Source of the DNA: Callorhinchus milii
Taxonomy: Eukaryota
Reading direction: 5' to 3'
Assembly: GCF_018977255.1 (NCBI RefSeq)
Contig: NW_024704742.1
Location: forward strand, 40,922,001-40,986,000
DNA length: 64,000 nt
Shown here piece by piece: positions 1 through 12,544 of this stretch. Made by a program: the position numbers and the translations under genes. The first letter of the stretch is position 1. Every line of letters starts with the position of its first letter. Under the pieces are notes generated by a model. That model saw only the letters and a list, made by a program, of their open reading frames with translations. It searched no databases and had not been told where the DNA came from.

Positions 1-1530
1 GCAGTAGATGTAATATATTTAGATTTCCAAAAGGCATTCGATAAGGTACCACATAATAGACTAATGAATAAGGTCAGAGCATGTGGAGTCAGGGAAAAAT
101 ATAAGAATGGATAGCAAGCTGGCTACAAAACAGAAAACAGAGAGTAGGGATAAAGGGTAGCTACTCAGACTGGCAGGGGGTGGGCAGTGGTGTTCTACAA
201 GGATCGATAATGGGACAACTGTTGTTCACAATATACATTAATGATTTAGTCAAGGGGAATCAGCAGTACAATTTCAAAATTTGTGGTCGACACCAAATTG
301 GGGGGAATAGTTAATACAGAGTAATAATAATAATAATAATAATAATCCTTGCATTTGATATAGCGCTTTTCACGTCGGGAGGACGTCCCAAAGCGCTTCA
401 CAAAACATACTGTAAAGTGAATTGACTGTATATTTGTGGGCGAACGCGGCAGCCAATTGCGCACAGCAATGTCCCACAAACAGTCGTAGATTGTAAATGA
501 CCAATTTATTATTGTTTTTGGTTTTGGAGGGATTATTATTAGGCGTATGGAGTAAGGAAACTTGCCCAAGGTTTCGCCCTGCCTGGAATTGAACTCCGGT
601 CTCTCGCTTGCAAAGCGAGTGCTCTAACCACTGAGCTACAGGACTCCACTGTAGGACTGCAACCAATTATAGTAAGACATTAATAAACTTGCTAAGTGGG
701 CATTTAAATGCCAAATGCATTTCAATGTAGAAAAATGTGAGGTGGTACATTTTGGTAGAAGGAAAAAGGAAATCACGTACATCATGGAAAATAAAAACCT
801 AAATGGGGTAGAGGAGCAAAGGGACCAAGGAGTACACATACCCAATTCACTAAAAGTATCAATGCAGGTTAATGAGGCCATTAAAAAAAGGAAACCAGGC
901 ATTGGGGTTCATTTCTAGAGGGATAGAAATGAAATGCAGGGAAGTTATGGTAAACTGCTGTAGAACATTGGTTAGACGACACTTAGAATATTGTGTGCCA
1001 TTCTGGTTCCCACATTATAGAAGGGATGTAGAGGCACTGGAGAGGGTGCAAAGGAGATTCACAAGGATCATCCCAGAACTGAGAGGTTATACCTATCAGG
1101 AAAGGCTAAACATACTTGGACTCTTTTCTCTTGAAGAGGGTAAAGGGTGACCTGATAGAGGTCTTTAAAATGATGAAAGGGTTTGATAGGGTAGACATCG
1201 GGAAGATGTTTCCACTTGTGGGGGAGACTAAAACCAGGGGCCATCAATATAAAATAGTCACAAATAGATCAAATAGGGAAGTTAGATGAAATTTCTTCAC
1301 AAGGATAGTGGGAATGTGGAACATGCTTCCACAAGGAGTTATTGAGGCAAACAGCATAGATGTATTTAAGGGGAAGCTAGATAGGTAATTGAGGGAGAAA
1401 GGAATAGAAGGTTATGCTTGAAGGCTTAGTTGAGAAAGGGAAGGAGGTTCATGTGGAGTATAAACACTGGCATAGACCAGTTGGGCCGAATGGTCTGTTT
1501 CTGTGCTGTATAATCTAATGTATTGTAATG
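1..1530 (+). mobile_element. CR1 LINE 3' portion (RT remnant plus 3' UTR), interrupted by the SINE at 321-649
   Basis: YLDFQKAFDKVPH, FNVEKCEVVHFG, LEYCVPFWFPHYRRDVEALERVQRRFTR; stops and frameshifts. Confidence 0.9.
321..649 (-). mobile_element. tRNA(Ala)-derived Deu-domain SINE, young subfamily, inserted in a CR1
   Basis: A/B boxes, CTCGC-TTTGCAA-GCGAG anticodon arm, Deu-like body, L2-type 3' end, (ATT)n tail. Confidence 0.9.
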
Positions 1531-2057
1531 TATTTGGTGGCTAGTCAATGCATAACAGGATTATAGAATTTTATACCGTAATACATTTCAAACTTGTCAC
1601 AGTAAGATGACTATTTCAAATCACAAATGTTATATACTGTGGCCATCAAATGCTAAGTTGTAAGTGTAATTCAATAGAGATTTGGAGTCAACAGTAATTG
1701 CATTCACCTCAGGCATGGCTGCCAACATGACATAGCTACAGTCCTGCTGCCTTCAATTACTTAAACCATCACCTCAAGAAACATTCTCTATCATTCTTAT
1801 TGAACTTCTCTCTTCAGGTCAGTAATAATTTTACCATTTTTGGCCTGTACAAACATTCCCAAGAGATGAGGGGAAGTCCAGTGCCCAAAAATGTAAAGTT
1901 GTAAATTGCACAAACAAATTTGCTCCACACCATATTTGGAGCAAATTCTACCTAGAACTGGAAGCAATGAAAAAATAGGAGAATCCCATCATCCTGCATG
2001 CCATACACTGGTACACTACAATGTACCAATCAAGCACCTTTTTGTGTAAGAGGATAC

Positions 2058-2193
2058 AGACATAAAGTACAGCCATGAAGAAGTGAGGTATAACCCCAAT
2101 ATGTGCCCGCTTTTTCTCTTTAGGTTCTGTGGCTGTCCAATACAGTGCATCTAAAATATCTTGTCCAAAAGAAGAAAACAGACGATCTGCTAC
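2058..2193 (-). CDS. TAPT1: TAPT1 exon 5 (VADRLFSSFGQDILDALYWTATEPKEKKRAHIGVIPHFFMAVLYV); gene continues beyond window start
   Basis: Translated by hand; acceptor tctttag; 136 nt; followed by the U12-like donor GTATCCTCTT. Confidence 0.93.
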
Positions 2194-2809
2194 CTAAAGA
2201 GAAATATAAGCAATGTTACTGGTAGAATATTCCTCAACCTCATCAATTTGATCAACTCAACAATTTAAAATAAATTACATCAAATTTTAAAAAATTGCAC
2301 AATAATACAGAAGTTAATCCATGCTTTAATCATACAATATAGAACAGATGAATTTTATACATGGCCTCAGGCAAAATATAATTATCTGTAGTTCTCTTAT
2401 GAAGTTATTTAAGCATTGCATTATTGGTGTGCCAGATTGACCAACCTCACATCTGCAAAGCAACTTTCCCCTTCAAAGTCTATATGCAACTTGTCATTCT
2501 TCAGTTTGGCTTTCAACAGACTCCAAAAGTGGCCAGTCGGTTGTCCAACACAGCTCTGTACCACTCTCAATTTGAGTTAATGTGTTGGGTGGACTTTTCT
2601 TTACAATAGCAATACCAACATGAAGTTTGCATTCCAATTTTTTGTTTTACCATTTCTCCTATTACAGTTTTAAAACATCAGAGAATTACAAGCAGCTCGA
2701 CTTTGCACATCTCACCATCTGTCGTATGCAAAACTAGATAAATAAAAATAGATTTTTATTACGCAATGATCAGGTCAAATATAAAGGACACTTTATAGAT
2801 TTTACTTAC

Positions 2810-2972
2810 CTCCAGCATATTATAGATGATGTAGAGTTTGATGACAGATTGTCCTCTAATGAGGTGGTACATCATGGAATAATCCACATAGTGCATCATC
2901 GCAAAGCAGATGACCATTATAACTCCCTTGAGCATGTCACACACCTGAGCAGGTTGTAGGAGTCGTCCATCA
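2810..2972 (-). CDS. TAPT1: TAPT1 exon 4 (DGRLLQPAQVCDMLKGVIMVICFAMMHYVDYSMMYHLIRGQSVIKLYIIYNMLE)
   Basis: Within ORF 2759..3070; acceptor gtcttag, donor GAG|GTAAGT; 163 nt; IRGQSVIKLYIIYNMLE motif of the DUF747 family. Confidence 0.95.
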
Positions 2973-4989
2973 CTAAGACCAAAAAATAAATTAGGCTCAT
3001 TTCCAACTTGAGTAGTAATAATAATCCTTCCATTTGACATAACGTCTTTCATGTCAGGAGGATGTCTCAAAGCCCTTCACAGCATACACTGTAGAGTGTA
3101 ATCACTATTTTGTAGGAAACGGCGTTTCCCACATGGGCTTGTGTCTTTTTGTTATACTCAAAGGTCTATTACAAAAATGGTAATTTTCACACACAGTTCC
3201 CATTTAAGAGAACCTATTAGCTTAAGCACTGTGGCAAGCAATGCAGATCCTAGTCCCCTTCCACAGTGCTCCCATTCTCACCTGCCCTTCTGTGTGAAAG
3301 AAGTGACAGGTGGCTCAGCGAGATTAAAGAGAACTGAAGAAAAAGGAAAAAGGAGTTGCATACTTAAAGAATTGATCTTTTGGGGAGGACAAAACACAAG
3401 TTTGCTACCGTACCCTTTATTTGCACTTGTTAAAACTGAATGGCAATTTTTAAAAAAAGGAATTAGATAGGTACCTAGAAATGTAAAAAATTGCAGGGCT
3501 ATGGGGTAAGAGTGGGGGCATGGGATTAGTTTGTAAATCTTTCAAAGAGCCAACACAGGCACGATGGGCCGAATGGTCTCCTTCTGTAAGATTCTATGAT
3601 TCTTGAAGACTTGGGATCTAATTAATTCTCTACGACTGCCACATTAGATCCATGAGTAACCATAAAATGGTCAATTTCATTGCAATGCACACAATGACGT
3701 TATGTAATAATTTAGTCGGTCTATTCAAACAAAAGAGCACACACTTGTAGTGGCTCTATGGTACTACACCTATATATTCTTGAATTTAATCACTCAAATT
3801 CTTAGGGATTGTGAGCATTCCATTTCCAATAGCAAAGCTTACCTACACTAAAATAGCCTAAAAGACAAGAGCTTGGATTAAAAACATTGGAATATCCACA
3901 ATTCAAAATAATTCACTGTACACATCATTAGATTGACAAACTTCTATGTCCAATGCAAACGTCATCTCCCTACTTGTACTGTGCTGCTTCAGGATGCCTT
4001 CTTGACAAAACAACATGGTGAAACCTCAATAATAATAATCCTTCCATTTTATATAGGGATTTATCACGCCGTTGAGAAGTCTCAAAAGTTACAGTGCTTA
4101 CTGTAAAGTGGATTGACTGTGTATTTTGTGGGCGAAGCAATCATCAGTGGGGGATTTCCTTCTAATTGCAATAGATAATTGTGATTTCACCATGTAAAAA
4201 TTCATAGTAGTACAGTGCTTCAACTTGACTGCTTTGTTAATTTTCAGTGAAATAAGCATGACAGATGTACACTACAGTTAAGCATTAAGCACAGTATGGT
4301 ACAGAATTAAAACATTTAATATAATTTACATGGTTATCATGACATCCTTCTGTAAGTCTTTCAGTGATTTAGAAAGTATGGTATAAAAAGCATGCAACAC
4401 ACATTATAGTGGATTTATTTATGGAGCATGAAACGAGATTATGTGTATTCTCAAAATGCGTCTACATATTTGTGCACCTTCCAATGTATGAGTAACAAAA
4501 ATATTTACGTCCTTGAAGATTTACTTGATTTTCTATGGGAAAAAATAATTCTGCTAAATTTGCAGTGTGATATAATATCAATTAACTAAAATTGTGGTCA
4601 ACAACTATCACTGCACTCATGCCGCTCCCCCCTTCCAATCATTAATAACTATCCATCTCTCATTCCTCTTATCCCCACATTTCTTTATTAGAAAAGGAAA
4701 TCTTAAATAAAATGGGAAGTTATTGTTTACTTTAAACTTAATTTTCAGATTATCAGACAAGATAAACAATTTAGCTATTAAATCATGTTGGATGAGTGTT
4801 AGGGATGATTAGTACAGTATGTTTCCAAATCTTGTGTTGACCAATTTAAAAGGGTAAATCATAATACAACATGGTTTCAAAAGAGAAAAAACTCTCCACA
4901 TAAAAGCAATCTCCCCTTCTAACTCTCCCAAAAAATAAAACGTATGATTGATGAATTTATGATTAATTTACTTTTCAGAAAGATCCAAG

Positions 4990-5417
4990 TCAACCTGGCT
5001 CAGTTTGTACCACTCATGCTTCTGAGTCAGTAGTTTGTGGGTTTAAACCCTATGCGGGACTCGGAACTTGTTTAGTCTAGGCTGACACTCCAATATAGTG
5101 CTGGGGGAGTGCTACGTTGTTCCTTTGGATGAGCCGTTAAACCGAGGCCCCGTCTCCTTGTTCAGTTGGACATTAAAGATCCTATGAGACTATTCGAAGA
5201 CAAGGGAGTTTCTCCCGGTGTCCTGGCCGACAATCCTTCAGATAAAATTAAGTCATTCACTTCACGGCTGTTTGTGGGGCACTGCTGTGGACAAATTGGA
5301 TACCGGATTCACCTACAAAACTCACGGTCACTGCAATTTACAGTAATTCCATGAAGCGGGTTCAAATGTCCTCTGGATGTGAAAGGCACTATACCAAATA
5401 TAAGGATTATTATTATC
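4990..5417 (+). mobile_element. Older DeuSINE (SacSINE1/AmnSINE-like)
   Basis: TGGCTCAGTTTG A-box-like head, GACATTAAAGATCC...GGGAGTTTCTCCCGGTGTCCTGGCC body, L2-like tail; related degenerate copies at ~18250-18600, ~27180-27560, ~38215-38435, ~50330-50520(-). Confidence 0.7.
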
Positions 5418-6475
5418 TTTGTTATACTAAGTGCTCTTCCTTCTCTAGCCAGACATCTTTACAATTTCCCCCATTACACTCATTATTTACCAAGGGTAGG
5501 ATAAGCAGAAGCATGTTGCAAAATAGATTTTGTTTCTAAACATTACTCTGGTTGCTTTAATAATGTGTTTTATGCCCAATTTATAGTGTTCATCGCAAAA
5601 CCATGGGTGACTTACAAAAGAGCTGAGTACTCTGAAAAGGTGGTTTTGGCAGCATACTGATTTGCACTTGCTGCGGTATAAATGCAAATGGGAAAATATT
5701 AGTACTCCTCTTAAAAGTGGTTCCTAAAAGAACAACTTTTAAAGGACCAGCAATGTTGTCAAAGAGCCAGTTACATGACTGGTTACGTACTAGTTTGTGG
5801 GGCTTAGCTTAGGCATCACTGAGAGCAATGGGAAGCAGGAAGTATAAATCTAGATGGGGTTGCAAGTGCAGAAGTATAAACTCATTATTAAAGAAAATTA
5901 CTCTTAAACATGGTATTGGCGGACCAAATTTTTTTTACACATTTCACTGTAGAATCCTGTGAAGTGCTTTGAGATGTCTCAACAACATAAGGTGCTACAG
6001 TTATATCAAATAGAAATATTATTATGATTACAAATATATTTTCCACGTAGAAGTTGGTATCACTCAAGGACTCATGGATCAGGCTCAAAATTCTCATCAT
6101 GTTAACTTAAATTCCTTGGCTGACTTTTAAAAAATAACAGTTCACTCAGCAAAACTGCCAGTTTCCTGAGGGAACCCATGGCAGGATCATTTATCATCAC
6201 TGTAATGGTTATGTGACAAGTCAGAGTTTGCAAACACTCTACTAACAATCTAACTGAAGGGATGCAAAAGTGAAGCATTGGTTGAAACCCAAGAGCAGGG
6301 CGTCATGTCATCTGCACTTTAGAGATAAAAATGTATCACCTGATAAGAGGGGCATGCTACATGGGTGAATATGTATTACTCATATGTAAACCAAAAAGTT
6401 TATATTGTTCAATTTTACTCTGGAAAAAGTCTTAGGTGCTCAATTATATTCTAAATTTGTATCACTCGAAACATA

Positions 6476-6822
6476 CACTAAACCCCGGACTAATGAGGGG
6501 ATCCGTTCTGGCGAGCTGGAATTTTTAACTTTTGATTACAATGCTGGTACCAGCTTTTTGAAAAATGCCAGTACCTGCATTGTAATTTTTGAATTCTGCA
6601 AACAGAAGACAGTGAATCAGCCATCTTCTGCTTGTGGGATTCAAACCGAGTCCAAGTTGATCTCCCTGGTGAAGACCAGCAAGCAGTGAGATGGGGAGTC
6701 TCCTAAGAGATTGGGGCAGTGAAAGTCTACAGGCGGGCCTGCAAAAATTATTTTTAAATGTTTCCGTGTGGGTTAGGGCCAAATTCCAGATAACTGGAGT
6801 CCGATAAACCGGGCTTTTACTG
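6476..6822. mobile_element. Tigger/pogo-like MITE
   Basis: Imperfect TIRs CACTAAACCCCGG / CCGGGCTTTTACTG, preceded by TA. Confidence 0.5.
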
Positions 6823-7936
6823 AATTAGATTATTATTAGAGTAAATTATGAAATTACTGCATTAGATTGAACTAGAAATTTTCACTAATGCAATCTAGGA
6901 CAGCCCAAAGTAATTTTACTAACAATCTAACTGAAGGGATGCAAAAGTGAAACTCGGGCATTTACAAGCCTTGTTTGAAATCCAAGATTAGAATTCAGTT
7001 TTGGAATCTCTCTCCATCTTCCATTCGGATGTCTTCAATATCTCATTAAGGGTGTTAGTCTCACGCTAAACTAAGGTATTGACTGGAATACAAAAGCTTC
7101 TTTTTCCTGATTGGTAATTACAAAACTTGTGGAGTTGCAATGCGCTTTCTTTTTACCTTCAAAGTCTTTGTTTCAAGCATCAATTTTTTTCTGTGCAAAT
7201 TGCTAAGAACATTGCTGCTTGACATGACTCGTTGTTGAATTTGGATCAAGGGACTAGAATGCTCAGCTCCTTCCAGCACCGTTTCATCCCTGACAATCTT
7301 AACCTCCATTGCTGCTAGTTCCAGCTCACAAAGCCAATGCCCAATCAACATTTTGTTTGACCCTTAGCTCTTCTTTAAGCCTTTCCTCACTTTGAAAGTC
7401 TCTCTTCCTAAATTCTTCAGTTTTGCACTCTCCCACACAGCTTCCAAAACCTTTCTAAAAATGTCTCTCTTTGCCTGCAGCTTAGGACATCTTCCTCCTA
7501 CCATTCCATCTTCCACCATGCTCAGGCTTTCCCCTATCTCTGTGAAACATTTGAAAGTGCAAGTTGTTGTGGAAAAACTAAGGAAGTGCAAAGGCATAAA
7601 ATAGAAACTTACAGAAGGTCAACTGAACAAATCAATGTGTGAATATTTATTGAGATAGTAGAAATATCTCTAATGGTCCGAATTAAATAAAAACAGAAAT
7701 CCTGCAAATCCACAAAAGCCACATGAAAAATTGATAACATTTATGGTTTCAGGCATGACTTTTCAGAGCCGAAAATTTCCAGAATTCATTTTATTCCATG
7801 TTTATCTCAAAAAAATCTCTGCTCGTAATTCTTTCTTCTTAATTTAAAATTTTTGGTCACGTTAAAAATTTCTGATGTTTCAATATTTAAATTTGCTTGA
7901 GATCATTACAATAAGACTTCAGAGTATCGATATATA

Positions 7937-8598
7937 TGTTACAGTAAAGTTGTGAAACCAATAAAGTTGCAAAAACCCTGAAATTTTCAGTAAAATTGTG
8001 AAACCATGAAATCACTGAAATTAGGAGTCAGGTATTTCATGAAAAAGTGATCCAGGATAGAAGGGAGCCCAGGTACATCCTTGGTGTTACCATTAATAGA
8101 GATATAGACAATGACCAGTATAGGACAGCAGTGAAGGCCGGCATCCTGAGGGGTCATTATTCCATGAACCAATTTGATCTCTGCCCACAACGATTGTTAA
8201 CCTATGTCAAAGTCAGTGTCACTCTGTTAGGTTGTCATTGCACAGTCTGTTTGTGGTGGACAAGGCTTTACGAAGTGTAACTGCGGTCAGAAGAAATGTC
8301 AGACCAACCGTTGTAAATGCTTCAAAGCAAAGCTAAAATGTAACTCTCCGTGTCATGGAAGCCTCGCTTGTGTTAACAATAAACATTTGATTCATCAATG
8401 AATGAAATGTCACATGAAGCTTATGGTGAACAAAATATAAATTTTCATGTTATTTACTTGTTGATAACGCTAACACATGTCAAGGCAAGATTATCAATAT
8501 GATGAAATGATTCCTTTTTCATGAAATCCCCGACTCCTAATTTCAGTGATTTCATGGTTTCACAATTTTACTGAAAATTTCACAATTTTACTGTAACA
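7937..8598 (+). mobile_element. Ginger2/TDD-type DNA transposon, internally deleted
   Basis: TGT...ACA termini, long TIRs (7937-8047 / 8514-8598), TATA duplicated on both sides; internal remnant encodes DRREPRYILGV...KAGILRGHYSMNQFDLCPQRLL and GGQGFTKCNCGQKKCQTNRCKCFKAKLKCNSPCH, like the C-terminus of KRBA2/SCAND3-like integrases. Confidence 0.8.
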
Positions 8599-8803
8599 TA
8601 TACATGGCTACCAGATGGGTGTTAAATGACTTTAAAAATTTAATTATACTAACAATAACAATCAATTTATCAAACGTCGTAATAACAATAGCATATTAAA
8701 TTAACACTAGCAAACAATGTATCAAAAAATATCAAAGGAAGTTGGTTACAAAAAATATATATCAATGGTTTCTAACTCATGACCAAAAAAAACATTTGCT
8801 TAC

Positions 8804-8922
8804 CTTAAGCCACAGCAAGGTAGAGTTATAAACCTCATTAGAGCAAGAAGAACTCGCAATGGCAATAGAGTGAAAAGATACAGAAAGGCATCCAGGCAGA
8901 GAAAGAATCCAAAAAACATCAA
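8804..8922 (-). CDS. TAPT1: TAPT1 exon 3 (LMFFGFFLCLDAFLYLFTLLPLRVLLALMRFITLPCCGL)
   Basis: Within ORF 8800..9015; acceptor cctccag, donor AAG|GTAAGC; 119 nt. Confidence 0.95.
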
Positions 8923-9269
8923 CTGGAGGGGGAAATAAAATATTAAAATTAAATCACAAATACTCAAATTATACATATAATTTACATACGTTTGCAGACT
9001 TTGATGACACATCAATTGTGGAACACAATTTGTATTTCCTAGCCAATACGATATATTCTATAAAGCTCTTTGAGACGTCTCAAAGACATGTATTAATTGC
9101 AAGGATTATTATACAATACTTCTGGTTCCAGAAATACATACACAATAGATGCCTATGTAGATAATCCTGTTCGGGGAATGTGCACACGTCATATTCTATG
9201 CACTGTTATGCAATCCCAAACTAAATCTTGGTTTACACCAAATTTACCAGAACATTTTTGTGTTGAATT

Positions 9270-10060
9270 TTTTGTGTCTTTTGTCAGGCAATCGGTTAGA
9301 ACAGCAGTGGTCCTGGAATCAAGAGTAGACAGAGAGATAGAATTGGGTGTCTTCCATGTACATGTGGATGCGGACCCCATGTCTGCAGATGTTACTAAAG
9401 GGAAGCACAGAAGGTGAAAAGGAGAGGACCAAGGATAAGGCCCTGGAGAATGCTGCAAGTGACTGCAGCGCAGAGGGGAAAGCCATTTGAAGAGGCAAAT
9501 AGAAGACGCCAGGATAGATAAAATGACCCCAGAAAAGTACAGAACCTCCACCAAAAAGGTGGAGAGAGAGGAGAAAAAGTGAAAATGGATGGTTGGCGGT
9601 GTTGCAGGCAGCAGAGAGATCAAGGATAACAAAGAATTAAACTGAACCCTGGTCACAGATGGAGAGAATGTAATTGGTGACGTGACCATGGCTGTTTTGG
9701 TGCTGTGGCGGGTGGTGGGGGGGGGTTGGAGAAGGTTGAGGAGAAGATGGAGGGAAAGAAAGGAGTGAAGTGACGACTCATTCTAGCAGCTTGCAAATGT
9801 CAGGTTGCAGGTAAATCAGTAGCTGGAGAGCATGGAAGGGTTGAGTGAGAGTTTCTTGGGGGAGGGGGAATGATGATGACAGTTTTGAAAGGAGGGGCAC
9901 TTCCAGGTTGATGACGTCAGTTAGAGGGGAAGCTGGATGGCAGGAGGGATGTGGTGATGGGATCAAGGAGGAAACAGGGTCAAAGATGTGGAAAGAGGGG
10001 TGAATGGAGACTAGAGACGATGCCAGGGATAACTGAGCAGATCTGCAAAATTTTGGAGTT
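9270..10060 (-). mobile_element. Degenerate L2 fragment
   Basis: Similar to the L2 RT region; other L2 pieces at ~15190-15645(+), ~17150-17470(-), ~40200-41000(+). Confidence 0.6.
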
Positions 10061-11268
10061 GAGACACCTCCTCAAACCGAATTCATGATAGACAACAAAA
10101 ATTGGTGGGAGAGCAAGCCAGATTGTTGGGCATGCTAAGCCAAAATAATAGTTAACAAATACAAAAGATGTTGAGAATTTATCAAGTAAATCTTCCCAAA
10201 AACAGATATTAAATTAATCCAAAGGGCTCATCTTGTTCACTAATTTCCTAAAACTCACATGACTTCAAATAAAATAAACCATAAAACACTAATTGTGACT
10301 GTCGAAACTTAGCAAAGTAGATGATTTATAATTGGACTGACTGACTGTTGGGCAAAAGCAAACTATGCCACCAGATGGACCAGTAAAGCTATGAGGAGAG
10401 TTAAGTGTAACAGCGGTAGAAATAAATGTGCAGGGACAAGGTAAATAATTCCATTTTGACGTTTGAAAAGTGCTCTCCTCTGAGAAGTGCCTATTGCTAT
10501 GAATCAAAGGCAGGTTTATAACTCACAAAGGTTTCAATATTCTGGTTACTGTCAAAAGAAGATGGATCAGTTAAAATCAAGGGGCAGATGAAGGGTATAT
10601 GAGTTTGCTTGTAAAGCGGATGATTGTTTAGCCAAGAAAATTCCATACGTTAATGATGGCAAACCTTTTTGAGCTTAAAATTTAAAAAGTGACAAAATGC
10701 ACACTTGCCAGATTGCCAGCACACGATTTTTTTAAAAAAAGATTCTTATTTGTTCGGTACTGAAATGGAAGGTGCTCTTACTTGAGATCTAACAAAGATC
10801 TAATTGCACTCTGCTCATACAATTAATTCCTGCTGGATGGTTCCTGAATTTTCTTTTCTACATCTGTTTGTGAAGTTGTTGTCTTTGAAAACCAAGAAGA
10901 GTCAAAACACCGCTTTGGATGATTAACGGTTTTCAGTACTTTGCAATAGCTGTATGGCTGAGAGCAAAGACTTGATTAGCTGGCACACGATTGAAATGAT
11001 TTATTCCTATCAAAGGAGGACATAGACTGCACTCAATAATAACATGTAGTTTAGGTCCCGAGACGATTCAGATCACAATTACAGGAGGTAGGAGTTTAGA
11101 AGGAGATCCTGTGGATGCAGCTTATGCCATTCAATCTAAAAGTAAACTATCCAAGTCTGGTTAATGGTTATCCAAACATTTGAAATCCAAAATATCTCTG
11201 GTCGCAGATTACCTCAGATCCAATGTACTATAACAAGACGTGAATAGTCACGTGTCTTGTTAAGGGGC

Positions 11269-12175
11269 TGACACCCAGACACCCAACTCTATCGCTCTGC
11301 CTCCACCCTCAACTCCACGACTACTGGCGTCCTGACTGACTGCCCGTCCCACATCAAGTCCTGGATGAGGGACAACTTTCTCCAACTCAAAGTCAGCAAG
11401 ACCAAGGCCCTCCTGATTGGCTCGCGTCAGCGACTCCGCACCTCGGGCGCTGGCAGCATCAGCCTCCACGGCTGCACACTCAACCTCACTAAGTCAGTCA
11501 GGAACCTGGGTGTCTTGTTTGACCCTGAACTGTCCTTTCTCCCCCACATCCGCACCATGACCAGCACAGCCTACCACCACCTCCGCAACATTGCCAGACT
11601 CCGCCACTGCCTCACCCCTCAGGCTGCCGAAACCCTCACCCACGCATTCATCACCTCAAGACTCAATTCTGGGAACTCCCTCCTCATCGGCCTTCCCAAC
11701 TCTTCCCTTCACAGGCTGCAGATCATCCAAAACTCTGCAGCTCGTGTACTCTTATGCACCGGCTCCGCGACCCATTCATGGCCTTGCCCCATCCTACCTC
11801 TCTGACCTGCTGATTCCTTACCAACCTGCCCGCTCCCTCCATTCAGTGGGCTCCGGTCTGCTCCATGTCTCCCGCCCGACCCACCCTACCGTTGGTGGGC
11901 GGGCTTTCAGCCTCTCTGCCCCCTTACTCTGGAACTCCATCCCATGGTCCTTTCGGCTCGCTTCCTCCCTTGCCTCCTTCAAGGCTGGTCTCAAGACTCT
12001 TCTCTTCGATCGTGCCTTTGGTCACCCTCCCACCTCTCTGCCTTCCCTCACCCCTACACCACCGCTCCCCCATGCTCGGGTCCTGACACCTGACTGTTCA
12101 GCGCTTTGGGACGTCCTCCCAATGTGAAAGGCGCTCTATAAATGCAATTTTGTTGTTGTTTGTTGTTGTTGTTGT
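11269..12175 (+). mobile_element. L2 LINE 3' fragment
   Basis: Closely similar to 34900-35868 with an internal deletion near 11773; (TTG)n tail. Confidence 0.92.
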
Positions 12176-12544
12176 GACTGCTAATGTACATTTCAACCTA
12201 GTTCGCATTATTTGTGAAAATAATTAGACGTGTCTTTGAAGTGGTCCATAAGAATCTTCGCAATCTTCATTGTGTCATCAGGAGGGTGCAGAGCATAATG
12301 TTTCTTGCATATGGAGGAGGTCAAGGAAGAACATCTGCATAGCTATATTAATTATTTTAACAGATCATGACAAGCTGTCCTGTACACTACCTCATGTGCT
12401 AGTTGGCCTGAACGCCAATGTACAACAACCCAGAATTATAATTTTTGCAGAATCTAAATTCTGGGTAGATAATTTTAATTGTCTTCAGAAGATTAAATAA
12501 ACCTGAACTATGGTAATGTTTCTCTTCATTTTACTGTAATATAG

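Noticed and set aside
246..666. Recurrent ORFs MGKFPYS... / MVRALALQARD...
   Set aside because: Chance ORFs inside multicopy SINEs
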